The notes beneath the pieces are model-generated. The model was not told the DNA's origin. It saw only the letters and a list, made by a program, of their open reading frames with translations, and did no database searches. The position numbers were made by a program, and so were the translations under genes. Below are positions 25,012-34,799 of a stretch of DNA of 64,000 nucleotides, piece by piece. Origin of the DNA: Zhihengliuella sp. GTDB taxonomy: Bacteria; Actinomycetota; Actinomycetes; Actinomycetales; Micrococcaceae. How positions within the stretch are numbered: the first letter of the stretch is position 1; each line of letters starts with the position of its first letter. The stretch covers positions 263,275 to 327,274 of the forward strand of contig NZ_JAPSJL010000001.1 in the NCBI RefSeq assembly GCF_031178195.1, written 5' to 3'.

Positions 25012-26982
25012 GTGCAATTCCACCACCAGGGCTATGTCTCCGGCGACCCGCGGGTGCAGCCCGCGGCCGGCGTCGGACTGGACCGCCCGGAGGAGCTCCC
25101 GGACCGGGTCGACGTCCTCATCGTGGGGACCGGCCCCGCCGGTATGATCACCGCCGCGCAGCTCTCCCAGTTCCCGGACGTGACCACCCGCATCGTCGAG
25201 CGCCGCCCGGGCCGGCTGGCGATCGGCCAGGCGGACGGCATCCAGGCGCGCAGCGTGGAGACGTTCCAGGCCTTCGGCTTCGCCCAGCGCATCACGGAGG
25301 AGGCGTACCGGATCACGGAGATGGCCTTCTGGAAGCCGGACCCCGAGGACCCGTCCCGCATCATCCGCACGGCCCGCCCGGAGGACGACCCGGCCGGCAT
25401 CAGCGAGTTCCCGCACCTGATCGTCAACCAGGCTCGCGTGCTGGACTACTTCGCCGAGTTCATGAGGAACTCCCCTACCCGCATGGAGCCGGACTACGGC
25501 TACGAGTTCACGGGCCTGGAGGTCGACGACGACGCCGAGTACCCCGTGACCGTGACCCTCGCCCGGACCGCCGGCGAGGACATCGGCGAGGAGCGCACCG
25601 TCCGCGCCAAGTACGTGGTGGGGTCCGACGGCGCCCGCAGCCGGGTGCGCCAGTCGATCGGCTGCTCGCTGGCCGGGGACCAGGCGAACCACGCGTGGGG
25701 CGTCATGGACGTCCTCGCGGTGACCGACTTCCCGGACATCCGCCTCAAGTGCGCCATCCAGTCCGGCAGCGGCGGGAGCATCCTCCTCATCCCGCGCGAG
25801 GGCGGCCACCTCTTCCGCATGTACGTGGACCTCGGCGAGGTCGACCCCGAGAACCACGGAGCCGTGCGGAGCACCACCATCGACGAGATCATCGCCAAGG
25901 CCAACGCGATCCTCAGTCCGTACACCCTCGACGTCCGCAACGTCGCCTGGCACAGCGTCTACGAGGTGGGCCACCGGCTCACCGACCGGTTCGACGACGT
26001 CGTGGCGGAGAAGCGCGGCCGGCGGACCCCGCGGGTCTTCATCACCGGCGACGCCTGCCACACGCACAGCGCCAAGGCGGGCCAGGGCATGAACGTCTCC
26101 ATGCAGGACGGATGGAACATCGGCTGGAAGCTCGGCCATGTGCTGGAGGGGCGCAGCCCGGAGAGCCTGCTGGCCACGTACTCGGCCGAGCGCCAGGTGG
26201 TGGCGCAGAACCTGATCGACTTCGACCGGCAGTGGTCCACCCTCATGGCCAAGAAGCCGGAGGAGTTCGAGGACCCCTCGGAGCTCGAGGAGTTCTACGT
26301 CCGCACGCAGGAGTTCCCGGCCGGGTTCATGACGCAGTACTCGCCGTCCATGCTGGTCGCCGAGGCGGAGCACCAGGATCTCGCCACCGGCTTCCCGGTG
26401 GGCAAGCGCTTCAAATCCGCACCGGTCGTGCGCGTGTGCGACGCCGTCCCCCTGCACCTGGGGCACCACGCCAGGGCGGACGGCCGCTGGAGGATCTACG
26501 TCTTCGCCGACCAGGCGGAGGCCGGCGGCGCATCGGACGTCGCGGAGTTCGCCGCGTGGATCGGCGACGCGGCGGACTCGCCGTTCGCGGCCCTGCCCGA
26601 CGGCGTCGCACCGAACGATTGGTTCGACCTCAAGGTGGTCTACCAGCAGAAGCACAGCGAGGTGGACCTCGGCGCCGTGCCCGCGGAGTTCAAGCCGCCC
26701 ATGGGCCCCTTCGGGCTCACGGACTACGAGAAGGTCTACGCGGCCGACCCGCGGGAGGACATCTTCGAGGCCCGGGGCATCGCGCGCTCGGGCGCCGTCG
26801 TCGTCGTCCGTCCGGATCAGTACGTGGCGCAGATCCTGCCGCTGACGGCGACGGAGGAGCTCGGCCGGTTCTTCGCCGGCGTCCGCGGCACGGCGCAGCC
26901 GCCGAGCGATGTGCAGCTCGGGGACGCAGCAGAGCCGATGAGCGGAGCGCAGGCGGTGAGCGGCGCAACGCCGTCGCACTAG
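25012..26982 (+). CDS. FAD-dependent aromatic-ring hydroxylase (PheA/TfdB, phenol 2-monooxygenase / 3-hydroxybenzoate 4-monooxygenase-like) with a C-terminal thioredoxin-like domain
   Basis: GTG at 25012 (RBS GAAGGAG). VQFHHQGYVSGDPRV.., VDVLIVGTGPAGM (GxGxxG), VVGSDGARSRVR, FITGDACHTHSAKAGQGMN. Confidence 0.85.
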   Translation: MQFHHQGYVSGDPRVQPAAGVGLDRPEELPDRVDVLIVGTGPAGMITAAQLSQFPDVTTRIVERRPGRLAIGQADGIQARSVETFQAFGFAQRITEEAYRITEMAFWKPDPEDPSRIIRTARPEDDPAGISEFPHLIVNQARVLDYFAEFMRNSPTRMEPDYGYEFTGLEVDDDAEYPVTVTLARTAGEDIGEERTVRAKYVVGSDGARSRVRQSIGCSLAGDQANHAWGVMDVLAVTDFPDIRLKCAIQSGSGGSILLIPREGGHLFRMYVDLGEVDPENHGAVRSTTIDEIIAKANAILSPYTLDVRNVAWHSVYEVGHRLTDRFDDVVAEKRGRRTPRVFITGDACHTHSAKAGQGMNVSMQDGWNIGWKLGHVLEGRSPESLLATYSAERQVVAQNLIDFDRQWSTLMAKKPEEFEDPSELEEFYVRTQEFPAGFMTQYSPSMLVAEAEHQDLATGFPVGKRFKSAPVVRVCDAVPLHLGHHARADGRWRIYVFADQAEAGGASDVAEFAAWIGDAADSPFAALPDGVAPNDWFDLKVVYQQKHSEVDLGAVPAEFKPPMGPFGLTDYEKVYAADPREDIFEARGIARSGAVVVVRPDQYVAQILPLTATEELGRFFAGVRGTAQPPSDVQLGDAAEPMSGAQAVSGATPSH

Positions 26983-26995
26983 CCAGCACGTGAAT

Positions 26996-27029
26996 GGGCG
27001 GCCCGGCACGGAGACGTGCCGGGCCGCCC
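26996..27029. terminator. Perfect 15-bp stem-loop between convergent genes
   Basis: gggcggcccggcacg-gaga-cgtgccgggccgccc. Confidence 0.7.
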
Positions 27030-27104
27030 GTTCCTCTCCGAGGCGCCTGCCTCGATCAACGGCCGTCGCCGCCGGGACGCTCGGGAACGCGCCCGCTGGC
27101 GCTG

Positions 27105-28001
27105 CTAGACCTCGAAGTCGCCGAAGCCCCCGCCGTCGCCGCCGAAACCGCCGAAGCCACCGCCCTCGCCGCCGAAGAGGCCGCCCAGCAGCCCGCCGGC
27201 CTGGTCCGTCAACCCCTCGCCGGCGGCCGTGATGCCCTCCCCGGCGCCCGCGATGCCTTCTCCGGCGCCGGCGATACCCTCCGTCAGCCCGTCGCCCGCG
27301 CCGGAGAGCTCCTCGCCCAGGCCGCTGAAGCCATCCAGGAGCGGGCCGGCGATCGCGGTGCCGATGAAGGCGCCGGCCACGCCGGCCATCAGTCCCGCGC
27401 CCAGGCCACCTGCCGCCCCTGCGGCCAGGCCGCCCATCCCGGGACGACGGGAACCACCGCCCTGTGCGCCGCCCCCGCCGAGGAGCTTCTCCATGAAGCC
27501 CGGGCGGGAGACCTCGGCCCGGGTGGCAGCCCGCGCCAGGTCGTGCGGCCGGTCGGTACCGGGCCGCTCGGCCGGCGGCAGCTCCTCGGAGAGCTCCGAC
27601 TGCAGGAGTGCGCGCTGCTGCGGCGTGAGGCGGGCGAAGGCCTCCTCGTGCGCGCGCTCCATCTCCTGCGGCGGCGCCGTCCGCAGCATGTAGCGGTACT
27701 TCTCGATCGCCGCCCGGTCCTCGCGGGACATGGCGGCCGCGTCACCGCCCGGGGCGCCCTGCGGCCGCTGGCGACCCGAGTCGGGCCCGCGATTCTCGTA
27801 CCGTCGGTCACCATGGCCGCCGCGGCCTCGGTCCTCGTAGCCGCGATCGTCGTAGCCGCCGGAGCCATAGCCCGGCTGGCGGTCGGCCTGCCGCCCGCCC
27901 GGTCCGCGCTGGCCGTCCCCGCTGCGCTGCTGGAGCTGCTCGCGGACGTAGTCGCCCGCCATCTGCTTTCCCTTGCGGACCAACTTGTCGAACATCGCCA
28001 C
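27105..28001 (-). CDS. Hypothetical Gly-rich protein
   Basis: GAGGAGG RBS before the GTG at 28001. Basic/RG-rich N-terminus, helical core (AAIEKYRYMLRTAPPQEMERAHEEAFARLTPQQRALLQSELS), glycine-zipper hydrophobic segment, GIAGAGEGI repeats and a GFGG tail. Confidence 0.6.
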   Translation of the reverse strand: MAMFDKLVRKGKQMAGDYVREQLQQRSGDGQRGPGGRQADRQPGYGSGGYDDRGYEDRGRGGHGDRRYENRGPDSGRQRPQGAPGGDAAAMSREDRAAIEKYRYMLRTAPPQEMERAHEEAFARLTPQQRALLQSELSEELPPAERPGTDRPHDLARAATRAEVSRPGFMEKLLGGGGAQGGGSRRPGMGGLAAGAAGGLGAGLMAGVAGAFIGTAIAGPLLDGFSGLGEELSGAGDGLTEGIAGAGEGIAGAGEGITAAGEGLTDQAGGLLGGLFGGEGGGFGGFGGDGGGFGDFEV

Positions 28002-28148
28002 GGTGCGGCCTCCTCGTTCTCGGGTGCGGCACGATTCCCACCGCGCCTCTCCCCGTTAAACTCCCACGCCCGGCCGGGAGTTCCCTCACCGGGCCCCCTG
28101 AGTCGGCCATCGAGACGGACGTCCGCCCGCCGTCCACCGCAGAACTAG

Positions 28149-28161
28149 ATAACTTAGTTAT
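28149..28161. promoter_or_regulatory. Perfect 13-bp palindrome ATAACTTAGTTAT in an AT-rich stretch 12 nt upstream of the MarR gene
   Basis: Read directly. Confidence 0.6.
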
Positions 28162-28172
28162 ATAAGTCTGTT

Positions 28173-28613
28173 ATGCTGTTGCGCGTGTCCAGCACCCCCA
28201 CCACTGCAGAGCTCATCAGCCGCCTCCTCGGTTCGGCCTACCGCACCACACGCCTGGCGGCCCACCTCTCCCCCGCACTCCGCGGCGACACCAACTACCG
28301 CGTCCTCGGACTGCTGCGCCAGTTCGACGGCGTGCGGGTCGGCCAGATCGCGGCGCACGAGCGCATCAGCCAGCCCCGCGCGACGCAGATCGCCGCGGAC
28401 CTCGAGGCGGCCGGCCTGGTGGAGCGCGGCAGCGACCCCGAGGACCGGCGGGCCTCCCTCCTCCGGATCACCGCAGCGGGCAGTACCGCCCTGGACGAGC
28501 GGATGATCCAGCTCGCCGAGCTGCTGGAGCCGCGCTTCCCGGACCTGGACGAGCAGGACCGGGCCGCGATCGCGCGGACCATCGAACTGCTGGAGGCCGC
28601 GACCGGCGACTGA
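28173..28613 (+). CDS. MarR-family transcriptional regulator
   Basis: ..YRVLGLLRQFDGVRVGQIAAHERISQPRATQIAADLEAAGLVERGSDPEDRRASLLRITAAG. Confidence 0.85.
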   Translation: MLLRVSSTPTTAELISRLLGSAYRTTRLAAHLSPALRGDTNYRVLGLLRQFDGVRVGQIAAHERISQPRATQIAADLEAAGLVERGSDPEDRRASLLRITAAGSTALDERMIQLAELLEPRFPDLDEQDRAAIARTIELLEAATGD

Positions 28614-28713
28614 CCGGCATCCGAGCGGGCGCCGGCGCACCCAGCGGCCCGCCGAGGATCCACCACGACCACGACCACCGACCACCGATCGACCCCGAAG
28701 GACCGAACACCGC

Positions 28714-29946
28714 GTGACCCGAGTCCCCACCGTCCAGCAGAATTCCATCCTCGACCAGCCCCGGGCCGTGTGGGCCCTCGCCTTCGCAGCGGTGATCGCG
28801 TTCATGGGCATCGGCCTCATCGGCCCGATCCTGCCCACCGTCACCGTCCAGCTCGGGGCGACGCCCACCCAGACCTCGCTCCTCTTCACCAGCTACCTGG
28901 CGATCACGGGGCTGGGCATGTTCTTCACGAGCTGGGTCTCCTCGCGGATCGGTTACCGGACCACGCTGATGCTCGGACTGGCGGTCATCGTCGTCGCGTC
29001 CGCCCTCGCCGGGTGCGCCACCTCGATCGAGGCGCTCATCGCCTTCCGCGCCCTCTGGGGCCTGGGCAATGCGCTCTTCATCTCCACGGCCCTGGCCTCG
29101 ATCATCAGCGCGGCGAACGGCAGCGCCGGCTCGGCCATCATCATCTACGAGGCGGCGCTCGGCCTCGGCATCGCCATGGGCCCGCTGGCCGGCGGCCTGC
29201 TGGGGACGATCGGCTGGCAGGCGCCCTTCTTCGGCACCGCGGTGCTGATGCTGATCGCGTTCGGCTCCATCCTCTTCTTCCTGCCCCGGAGCGGATCGCG
29301 CCCGGAGCACGCATCGGTCGGGGCGCCCTTCCGCGCCCTGGCGGTGCCGTCGATCCTGACGCTCGCCGTGGCCGCGTTCCTCTACAACATCGGCTTCTTC
29401 GTGCTGATGTCCTACACCCCGTACCCGCTGGGCTTCACGTCCCTCGGCATCGGGATGGTCTTCACCGGCTGGGGGCTCGGCGTCGCCCTGACCAGTGTCT
29501 TCGGCGCACCGATGCTCACGCGGAGGATCTCGCCGCGGCGCGTGCTATGGGCAATGCTCGCGCTGTTCGCCGCCGCGCTCGCGGTCACCGGCTTGGAGGT
29601 CGGGAATACCCCGGCGCTTGTGGCCATGGTGGTGGTCGGCGGCCTGATCATCGGCGTCATCAACACCGTTCTGACCGAGTGCGTGATGGAGGCGAGCGAC
29701 CTGCCCCGCGCGGTCGCGTCCTCGTCCTACTCCGGCGTCCGCTTCCTGGGCGGTGCCATCGCCCCGCCGGTCGCCGCGGCCCTCGCCGCGGCGTGGACGC
29801 CGACGGTCCCGTTCCTCTTCGGCGCCGGCGGGGTGCTCCTGGCCGCCGTGCTGGTCCTGGCGGCCGGCCGGGTGCTCGAGCGCACCGAGGAGCCGTTCCA
29901 CGAGTCGCCGGCGCAGGAGGCGGAGGCCATCTCGCTGGGCGAGTAG
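28714..29946 (+). CDS. MFS transporter (drug/metabolite efflux type)
   Basis: 12-TM profile; follows the MarR gene on the same strand. Confidence 0.8.
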   Translation: MTRVPTVQQNSILDQPRAVWALAFAAVIAFMGIGLIGPILPTVTVQLGATPTQTSLLFTSYLAITGLGMFFTSWVSSRIGYRTTLMLGLAVIVVASALAGCATSIEALIAFRALWGLGNALFISTALASIISAANGSAGSAIIIYEAALGLGIAMGPLAGGLLGTIGWQAPFFGTAVLMLIAFGSILFFLPRSGSRPEHASVGAPFRALAVPSILTLAVAAFLYNIGFFVLMSYTPYPLGFTSLGIGMVFTGWGLGVALTSVFGAPMLTRRISPRRVLWAMLALFAAALAVTGLEVGNTPALVAMVVVGGLIIGVINTVLTECVMEASDLPRAVASSSYSGVRFLGGAIAPPVAAALAAAWTPTVPFLFGAGGVLLAAVLVLAAGRVLERTEEPFHESPAQEAEAISLGE

Positions 29947-30000
29947 GACAGGACGGCGGCCGCGCCGACCCCTCGGACGATGGACGCCGCAGGCGTCGAC

Positions 30001-31698
30001 TCAGGCCGGCGCAGCGGTCCCGGTCTCGAGGCGGTGCCAGATGAGGGCGACGTGCAGCGCGGCCCGCGACTCGGCGTCGTCGAGCGAGACGCCCAGCTTG
30101 TCCTGCAGCCGGGCCAGCCGGTCGTAGAGCGCCGCGCGGCTCAGGTACCCGGTGCGAGCCAGCGCCGACTTGTTCCCGCCGTGCTGGAGATAGAGCTCCA
30201 ACAGCTCCAGCGACGCGGCGTCGCCGTCCTCCAGCAGCCCGGCGAGTTCCGCCTCCGCGAACGCCCGCACCCGCGCATCCGTCCGCAGCAGGGACAGCAG
30301 CCCGCGCAAGCGCAGGTCGGCGAACCGGAAGAACGGGCGCGGCCGGGTCTCCAGGGTCCCGGCGATCTCGGCGACCTGCACGGCCTCGTCCAGGCCCGCG
30401 GCCGCTTCCAGCAGCGCCGGGCGGCTGCGCCCCACCCCGACGGTCCAGCCGGCGTCGGACTCATTCTGCCGCCGCCGATCGGCCAGCCGCGCGCAGATCC
30501 CCTCCAGCATCTGGTCCTCCAACTGCCGGGCGCCCACCGGGAGCAGCATGCCGATCGAGCCGGCGTCCTTGCCCGCGGCGAGCATGGTGCGATGCGAGCG
30601 CCGGACCACCTCCACGAGGTCGTCCATGAGCGCCCGCTCGCGGAGCTGGAGGCTCGTGGGCGCCTCCGCGGGGAGCCGGTCCAGGCGGAACACCACCGGC
30701 AGATAGTAGGGGGCGTCCTTGAGCCCGAGCGCCCCGGCACGCGTCCGGGCCGCCGACTCCGTCAGGGTCGCCGAATGCTGCAGCTCGTGGATCAGGCCGG
30801 CCTGCGCCTGGTAGAGCAGCTCGCGCTCGTCGCGGCCGGCGATCCGCGCCAGCGTGAGCGCCTGACCGGCGCGCTCGAGCACCTGGACCGCGTCGTCGTC
30901 GTCCTCCAGCGGCCCCGGGACCACGAGCCGCCCCCAGCGCCGCCCGGCGAGCCCCACCGGCGTCTGCAGCCAGTCCTCCGTATCGCCGCGGCGCCCGGTC
31001 CGCTCGAGGTAGCCCACCAGCCGGGCCCGGCCGGACCAGTCGCGCAGCAGCTCGGCCGAGTCCTCCGCGTGGAACGCCAGGACCCGGTGCGCCACGTCCT
31101 CCAGAACCACGGGCGCGCCGAGCAGTCCGGCCGTCCGGTCGACGATCCGCTGCTCGCTGGCGCTCTCGAGCGAGAGCTGCGTGAAGACCTCGTGCACGCG
31201 CCGGGCGCGCTCGACGCGGGCGAGCTGCTCCCCGACGAGCATGCGGTGCGCCACCTGGGTGATGCGCACGAACCTCACCTTCCGCGTCAGCAGCACCACG
31301 GGGAATGCCCGTCCGACGACGGCGGTGCGCAGGTGCGCGATCGCCTCCGGGGCGGGGCGCGAGTGCTCGTCGACGAGCTCGATCACGGCCCCGGCGGCCC
31401 CGGCCGCCTCCAGCTCGTCGAGGAAGCCGGCGGTGGCCTCCGCCGAGTGACGGAACGCCTGACCGGTGGTGAGCACCAGCTCGCCGCCCTCGAGCAGCTC
31501 GGCCACGTGCGCCGAGTCGCCGACGTGGACCCAGCGCACGACGGCGTCCAGGCCATCCGCGCCGGCCAGGACCTCGGGGTCCCCGGCGCGGATCTCCTCC
31601 TGGTCCAGCACGGCGGCGAGGGTGAGCCCCGAGGCGGGGGCATCCGGTGCAGGGGCTTCCGGGACGGGAGTGCCCGAAGGCGATGCAAGGGTACTCAT
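30001..31698 (-). CDS. PucR-family transcriptional regulator
   Basis: N-terminal PucR-type sensor region. C-terminal HTH ..LLELYLQHGGNKSALARTGYLSRAALYDRLARLQDKLGVSLDD. Confidence 0.8.
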   Translation of the reverse strand: MSTLASPSGTPVPEAPAPDAPASGLTLAAVLDQEEIRAGDPEVLAGADGLDAVVRWVHVGDSAHVAELLEGGELVLTTGQAFRHSAEATAGFLDELEAAGAAGAVIELVDEHSRPAPEAIAHLRTAVVGRAFPVVLLTRKVRFVRITQVAHRMLVGEQLARVERARRVHEVFTQLSLESASEQRIVDRTAGLLGAPVVLEDVAHRVLAFHAEDSAELLRDWSGRARLVGYLERTGRRGDTEDWLQTPVGLAGRRWGRLVVPGPLEDDDDAVQVLERAGQALTLARIAGRDERELLYQAQAGLIHELQHSATLTESAARTRAGALGLKDAPYYLPVVFRLDRLPAEAPTSLQLRERALMDDLVEVVRRSHRTMLAAGKDAGSIGMLLPVGARQLEDQMLEGICARLADRRRQNESDAGWTVGVGRSRPALLEAAAGLDEAVQVAEIAGTLETRPRPFFRFADLRLRGLLSLLRTDARVRAFAEAELAGLLEDGDAASLELLELYLQHGGNKSALARTGYLSRAALYDRLARLQDKLGVSLDDAESRAALHVALIWHRLETGTAAPA

Positions 31699-31818
31699 CG
31701 ACAGATCGTAGCCCTAGGCGTCCGAATCCCGACAGGTTGTCTCTACCGTCGATGTAACAGAGGTCTCAGGATGGAGGCAGAAGGCGCTCACAGCGCAAGC
31801 ACCACAGAAGGAACCGGC

Positions 31819-33324
31819 ATGCAGACCATCACCAAGACGCTCGGCCACTGGATCGACGGCGCGGAGTTCGACGCCGAGCAGGGCGGCCGATTCGCCGACG
31901 TCACGAACCCCGCCACGGGGCAGGTCACCTCCCGCGTGGCCCTGGCCTCGGCGCAGACCGTGGACCGGGCCGTCACGGCCGCGAAGGCCGCCTTCCCCGG
32001 CTGGCGTGACACCTCGCTGGCCAAGCGCACCACCGTCCTGTTCGCGTTCCGCGAGCTGCTCAACGCCCGCAAGGGCGAGCTCGCCGAGATCATCACGGCC
32101 GAGCACGGCAAGGTCCTCGACGACGCCCTCGGCGAGATCTCCCGCGGCCAGGAGGTCGTCGAGGTCGCGTGCGGCATCGCCCACCTCCTCAAGGGCGGCC
32201 ACACGGAGAACGCCTCCACCAAGGTGGACGTCCACTCCGTCCGCCAGCCGCTGGGCGTCTCCGCCATCATCTCCCCGTTCAACTTCCCGGCCATGGTGCC
32301 GATGTGGTTCTTCCCGGTCGCGATCGCCGCCGGCAACACCGTCATCCTCAAGCCCAGCGAGAAGGACCCGACGGCCGCCAACTGGATGGCCGAGCTCTGG
32401 CGCGAGGCAGGCCTGCCGGACGGCGTGTTCAACGTGGTCCACGGCGACAAGGAGTCCGTGGACGCCCTCCTGGACCACCGCGACGTCGACTCCGTGTCCT
32501 TCGTCGGCTCCACCCCGATCGCGCAGTACGTCTACGAGCGCGGCACGGCCTCCGGCAAGCGCGTGCAGGCCCTCGGCGGCGCGAAGAACCACATGCTGGT
32601 CCTGCCGGACGCGGATCTGGACCTCGCCGCCGACGCCGCGGTCAACGCGGGCTACGGGGCCGCCGGCGAGCGCTGCATGGCGATCTCCGTCGTCGTCGCG
32701 GTGGAGTCCATCGCCGACGAGCTCGTCGCCAAGATCGCCGAGCGCACGCGCACGCTGCGCATCGGCGACGGCACCCGCGGCTGCGACATGGGCCCGCTCG
32801 TCACCGCCGCCCACCGCGACAAGGTCGCCTCCTACATCGACGCCGGCGAGGCGGCCGGCGCCGAGCTGGTTCTCGACGGCCGCCAGGTGGACCCGGACGC
32901 CGACGGCGAGGGCTTCTTCCTCAACCCGACCCTGTTCGACCGCGTGACCACGGACATGTCCATCTACACGGACGAGATCTTCGGCCCGGTCCTCTCCACG
33001 GTCCGCGTCGAGAGCTACGACGAGGGACTGGAGCTGATCAACAACAGCGAGTACGGCAACGGCACGGCGATCTTCACCAACGACGGCGGCGCGGCCCGCC
33101 GCTTCGAGAACGAGGTCCAGGTGGGCATGGTCGGCGTCAACGTGCCGATCCCGGTCCCCATGGCCTACTACTCCTTCGGCGGCTGGAAGGCCTCCCTCTT
33201 CGGCGACACCCACGCACACGGCGCCGAGGGCGTGCACTTCTTCACCCGCGGCAAGGTCGTCACCAAGCGCTGGCTCGATCCCAGCCACGGCGGACTCAAC
33301 CTCGGCTTCCCGACCCACTCCTAA
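31819..33324 (+). CDS. mmsA: CoA-acylating methylmalonate/malonate-semialdehyde dehydrogenase
   Basis: ..HWIDGAEF..FNFPAMVPMWFFPVAIAAGNTVILKPSEKDP..GERCMAISVVV..GVNVPIPVPMAYYSFGGWKASLFGD. Confidence 0.9.
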   Translation: MQTITKTLGHWIDGAEFDAEQGGRFADVTNPATGQVTSRVALASAQTVDRAVTAAKAAFPGWRDTSLAKRTTVLFAFRELLNARKGELAEIITAEHGKVLDDALGEISRGQEVVEVACGIAHLLKGGHTENASTKVDVHSVRQPLGVSAIISPFNFPAMVPMWFFPVAIAAGNTVILKPSEKDPTAANWMAELWREAGLPDGVFNVVHGDKESVDALLDHRDVDSVSFVGSTPIAQYVYERGTASGKRVQALGGAKNHMLVLPDADLDLAADAAVNAGYGAAGERCMAISVVVAVESIADELVAKIAERTRTLRIGDGTRGCDMGPLVTAAHRDKVASYIDAGEAAGAELVLDGRQVDPDADGEGFFLNPTLFDRVTTDMSIYTDEIFGPVLSTVRVESYDEGLELINNSEYGNGTAIFTNDGGAARRFENEVQVGMVGVNVPIPVPMAYYSFGGWKASLFGDTHAHGAEGVHFFTRGKVVTKRWLDPSHGGLNLGFPTHS

Positions 33325-33335
33325 GGAAGAGGACC

Positions 33336-34712
33336 ATGACCAAGACCACGACGACGGCGGCCGTCGCCCCGACGTCCGAGCAACTGGACGCCGGACGCCG
33401 GGCCTACGAGCTGGATCGCGCCCACGTCTTCCACTCCTGGTCCGCCCAGGAGACCCTGGATCCGATGTCGATCGTCAAGGCGCAGGACGTCTACGTCTGG
33501 GACGCCGACGGGAAGCAGTACCTGGACTTCTCCTCGCAGCTGGTCAACACCAACGTGGGGCACCAGCACCCGACGGTCGTCAACGCGATCGTCCGGCAGG
33601 CGACGGAGCTGTGCACGGTGGCCCCGCAGCACGCCACCGCGGCGCGCTCGGAGGCGGCGCGGCTGATCGCCGAGCTGACGCCGGGGGACCTGAACCGGGT
33701 GTTCTTCACCAACGGCGGCGCCGACGCGAACGAGCACGCCATCCGCATGGCCCGCCTGCACACCGGGCGGAAGAAGGTCCTCTCCGCGTACCGCAGCTAT
33801 CACGGCGGCACCCACCTGGCGATCAACGTCACCGGCGACCCGCGGCGGGTCCCGAACGACGACGGCGACTCCGGCGTCGTGCACTTCCTACCCGCCTACC
33901 CGTACCGCTCCTACTTCTCCTCCACGTCCCCGGAGGAGGAGACGGAGCGGGCGCTGCGGCACCTCGAGGACATCATCGTCCTCGAGGGCGCCGGAAGCAT
34001 CGCGGCGCTGGTGCTCGAGTCGATCCCCGGAACTGCGGGCATCTACGTTCCGCCGCCCGGGTACATCGAGGGCGTGCGCGCGCTCACGGCCAAGTACGGG
34101 ATCGTCTACATCGCCGACGAGGTCATGGCCGGCTTCGGCCGCGCCGGCAAGTGGTTCGCCGTCGAGCACTGGGGCGTCACCCCGGACATCATCACCTTCG
34201 CCAAGGGCGTCAACTCCGGCTACGTGCCGCTCGGCGGCGTCGCGATGTCGGAGGCGATCTATCAGACGTTCGCGCAGCGGCCCTACCCGGGCGGGCTGAC
34301 GTACTCCGGCCACCCGCTGGCGTGCGCCGCGGCGGTCGGGGCGATCACGGCGATGCGCGAGGAGTCCATGGTCGAGAACGCCGCACGCCTGGGCGAGGAG
34401 GTCTTCGGCCCCGAGCTGCGCGCCATGGCCGAGCGTCATCCCTCGATCGGCGAGGTCCGCGGCGCCGGGTGCTTCTGGGCGATCGAGCTGGTGAAGAACC
34501 GGGAGACGAGGGAGCCGATGGCCCCCTACGGCGGCTCGTCACCGGAGATGAACGAGCTCATCGCGGCGCTGAAGGCCGCTGGGCTCCTGCCGTTCGCGAA
34601 CTTCAACCGCCTCCACGTGGTGCCGCCGCTGAACATCGGCGAGGAGGAGGCGCGGCGCGGTCTGGCGATCATCGACGAGGCGCTGAGCCTGACCGACCAG
34701 CACGTCGTCTGA
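33336..34712 (+). CDS. Class III (omega) aminotransferase, beta-alanine/3-aminoisobutyrate:pyruvate type
   Basis: ..FFTNGGADANEHAIRMAR..IADEVMAGFGRAGKWFAVEHWGVTPDIITFAKGVNSGYVPLGG (PLP lysine in FAKG). Confidence 0.85.
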   Translation: MTKTTTTAAVAPTSEQLDAGRRAYELDRAHVFHSWSAQETLDPMSIVKAQDVYVWDADGKQYLDFSSQLVNTNVGHQHPTVVNAIVRQATELCTVAPQHATAARSEAARLIAELTPGDLNRVFFTNGGADANEHAIRMARLHTGRKKVLSAYRSYHGGTHLAINVTGDPRRVPNDDGDSGVVHFLPAYPYRSYFSSTSPEEETERALRHLEDIIVLEGAGSIAALVLESIPGTAGIYVPPPGYIEGVRALTAKYGIVYIADEVMAGFGRAGKWFAVEHWGVTPDIITFAKGVNSGYVPLGGVAMSEAIYQTFAQRPYPGGLTYSGHPLACAAAVGAITAMREESMVENAARLGEEVFGPELRAMAERHPSIGEVRGAGCFWAIELVKNRETREPMAPYGGSSPEMNELIAALKAAGLLPFANFNRLHVVPPLNIGEEEARRGLAIIDEALSLTDQHVV

Positions 34713-34728
34713 CACCCGTCCGCACCGG

Positions 34729-34764
34729 GAGCGGGGAGGGAGCCGAGCGGCCCCCTCCCCGCTC
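34729..34764. terminator. Perfect 12-bp stem-loop between convergent genes
   Basis: gagcggggaggg-agccgagcggcc-ccctccccgctc. Confidence 0.6.
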
Positions 34765-34799
34765 GCGTGTCCGGTGGGACCGGGTCCGGTGCCGGACGG

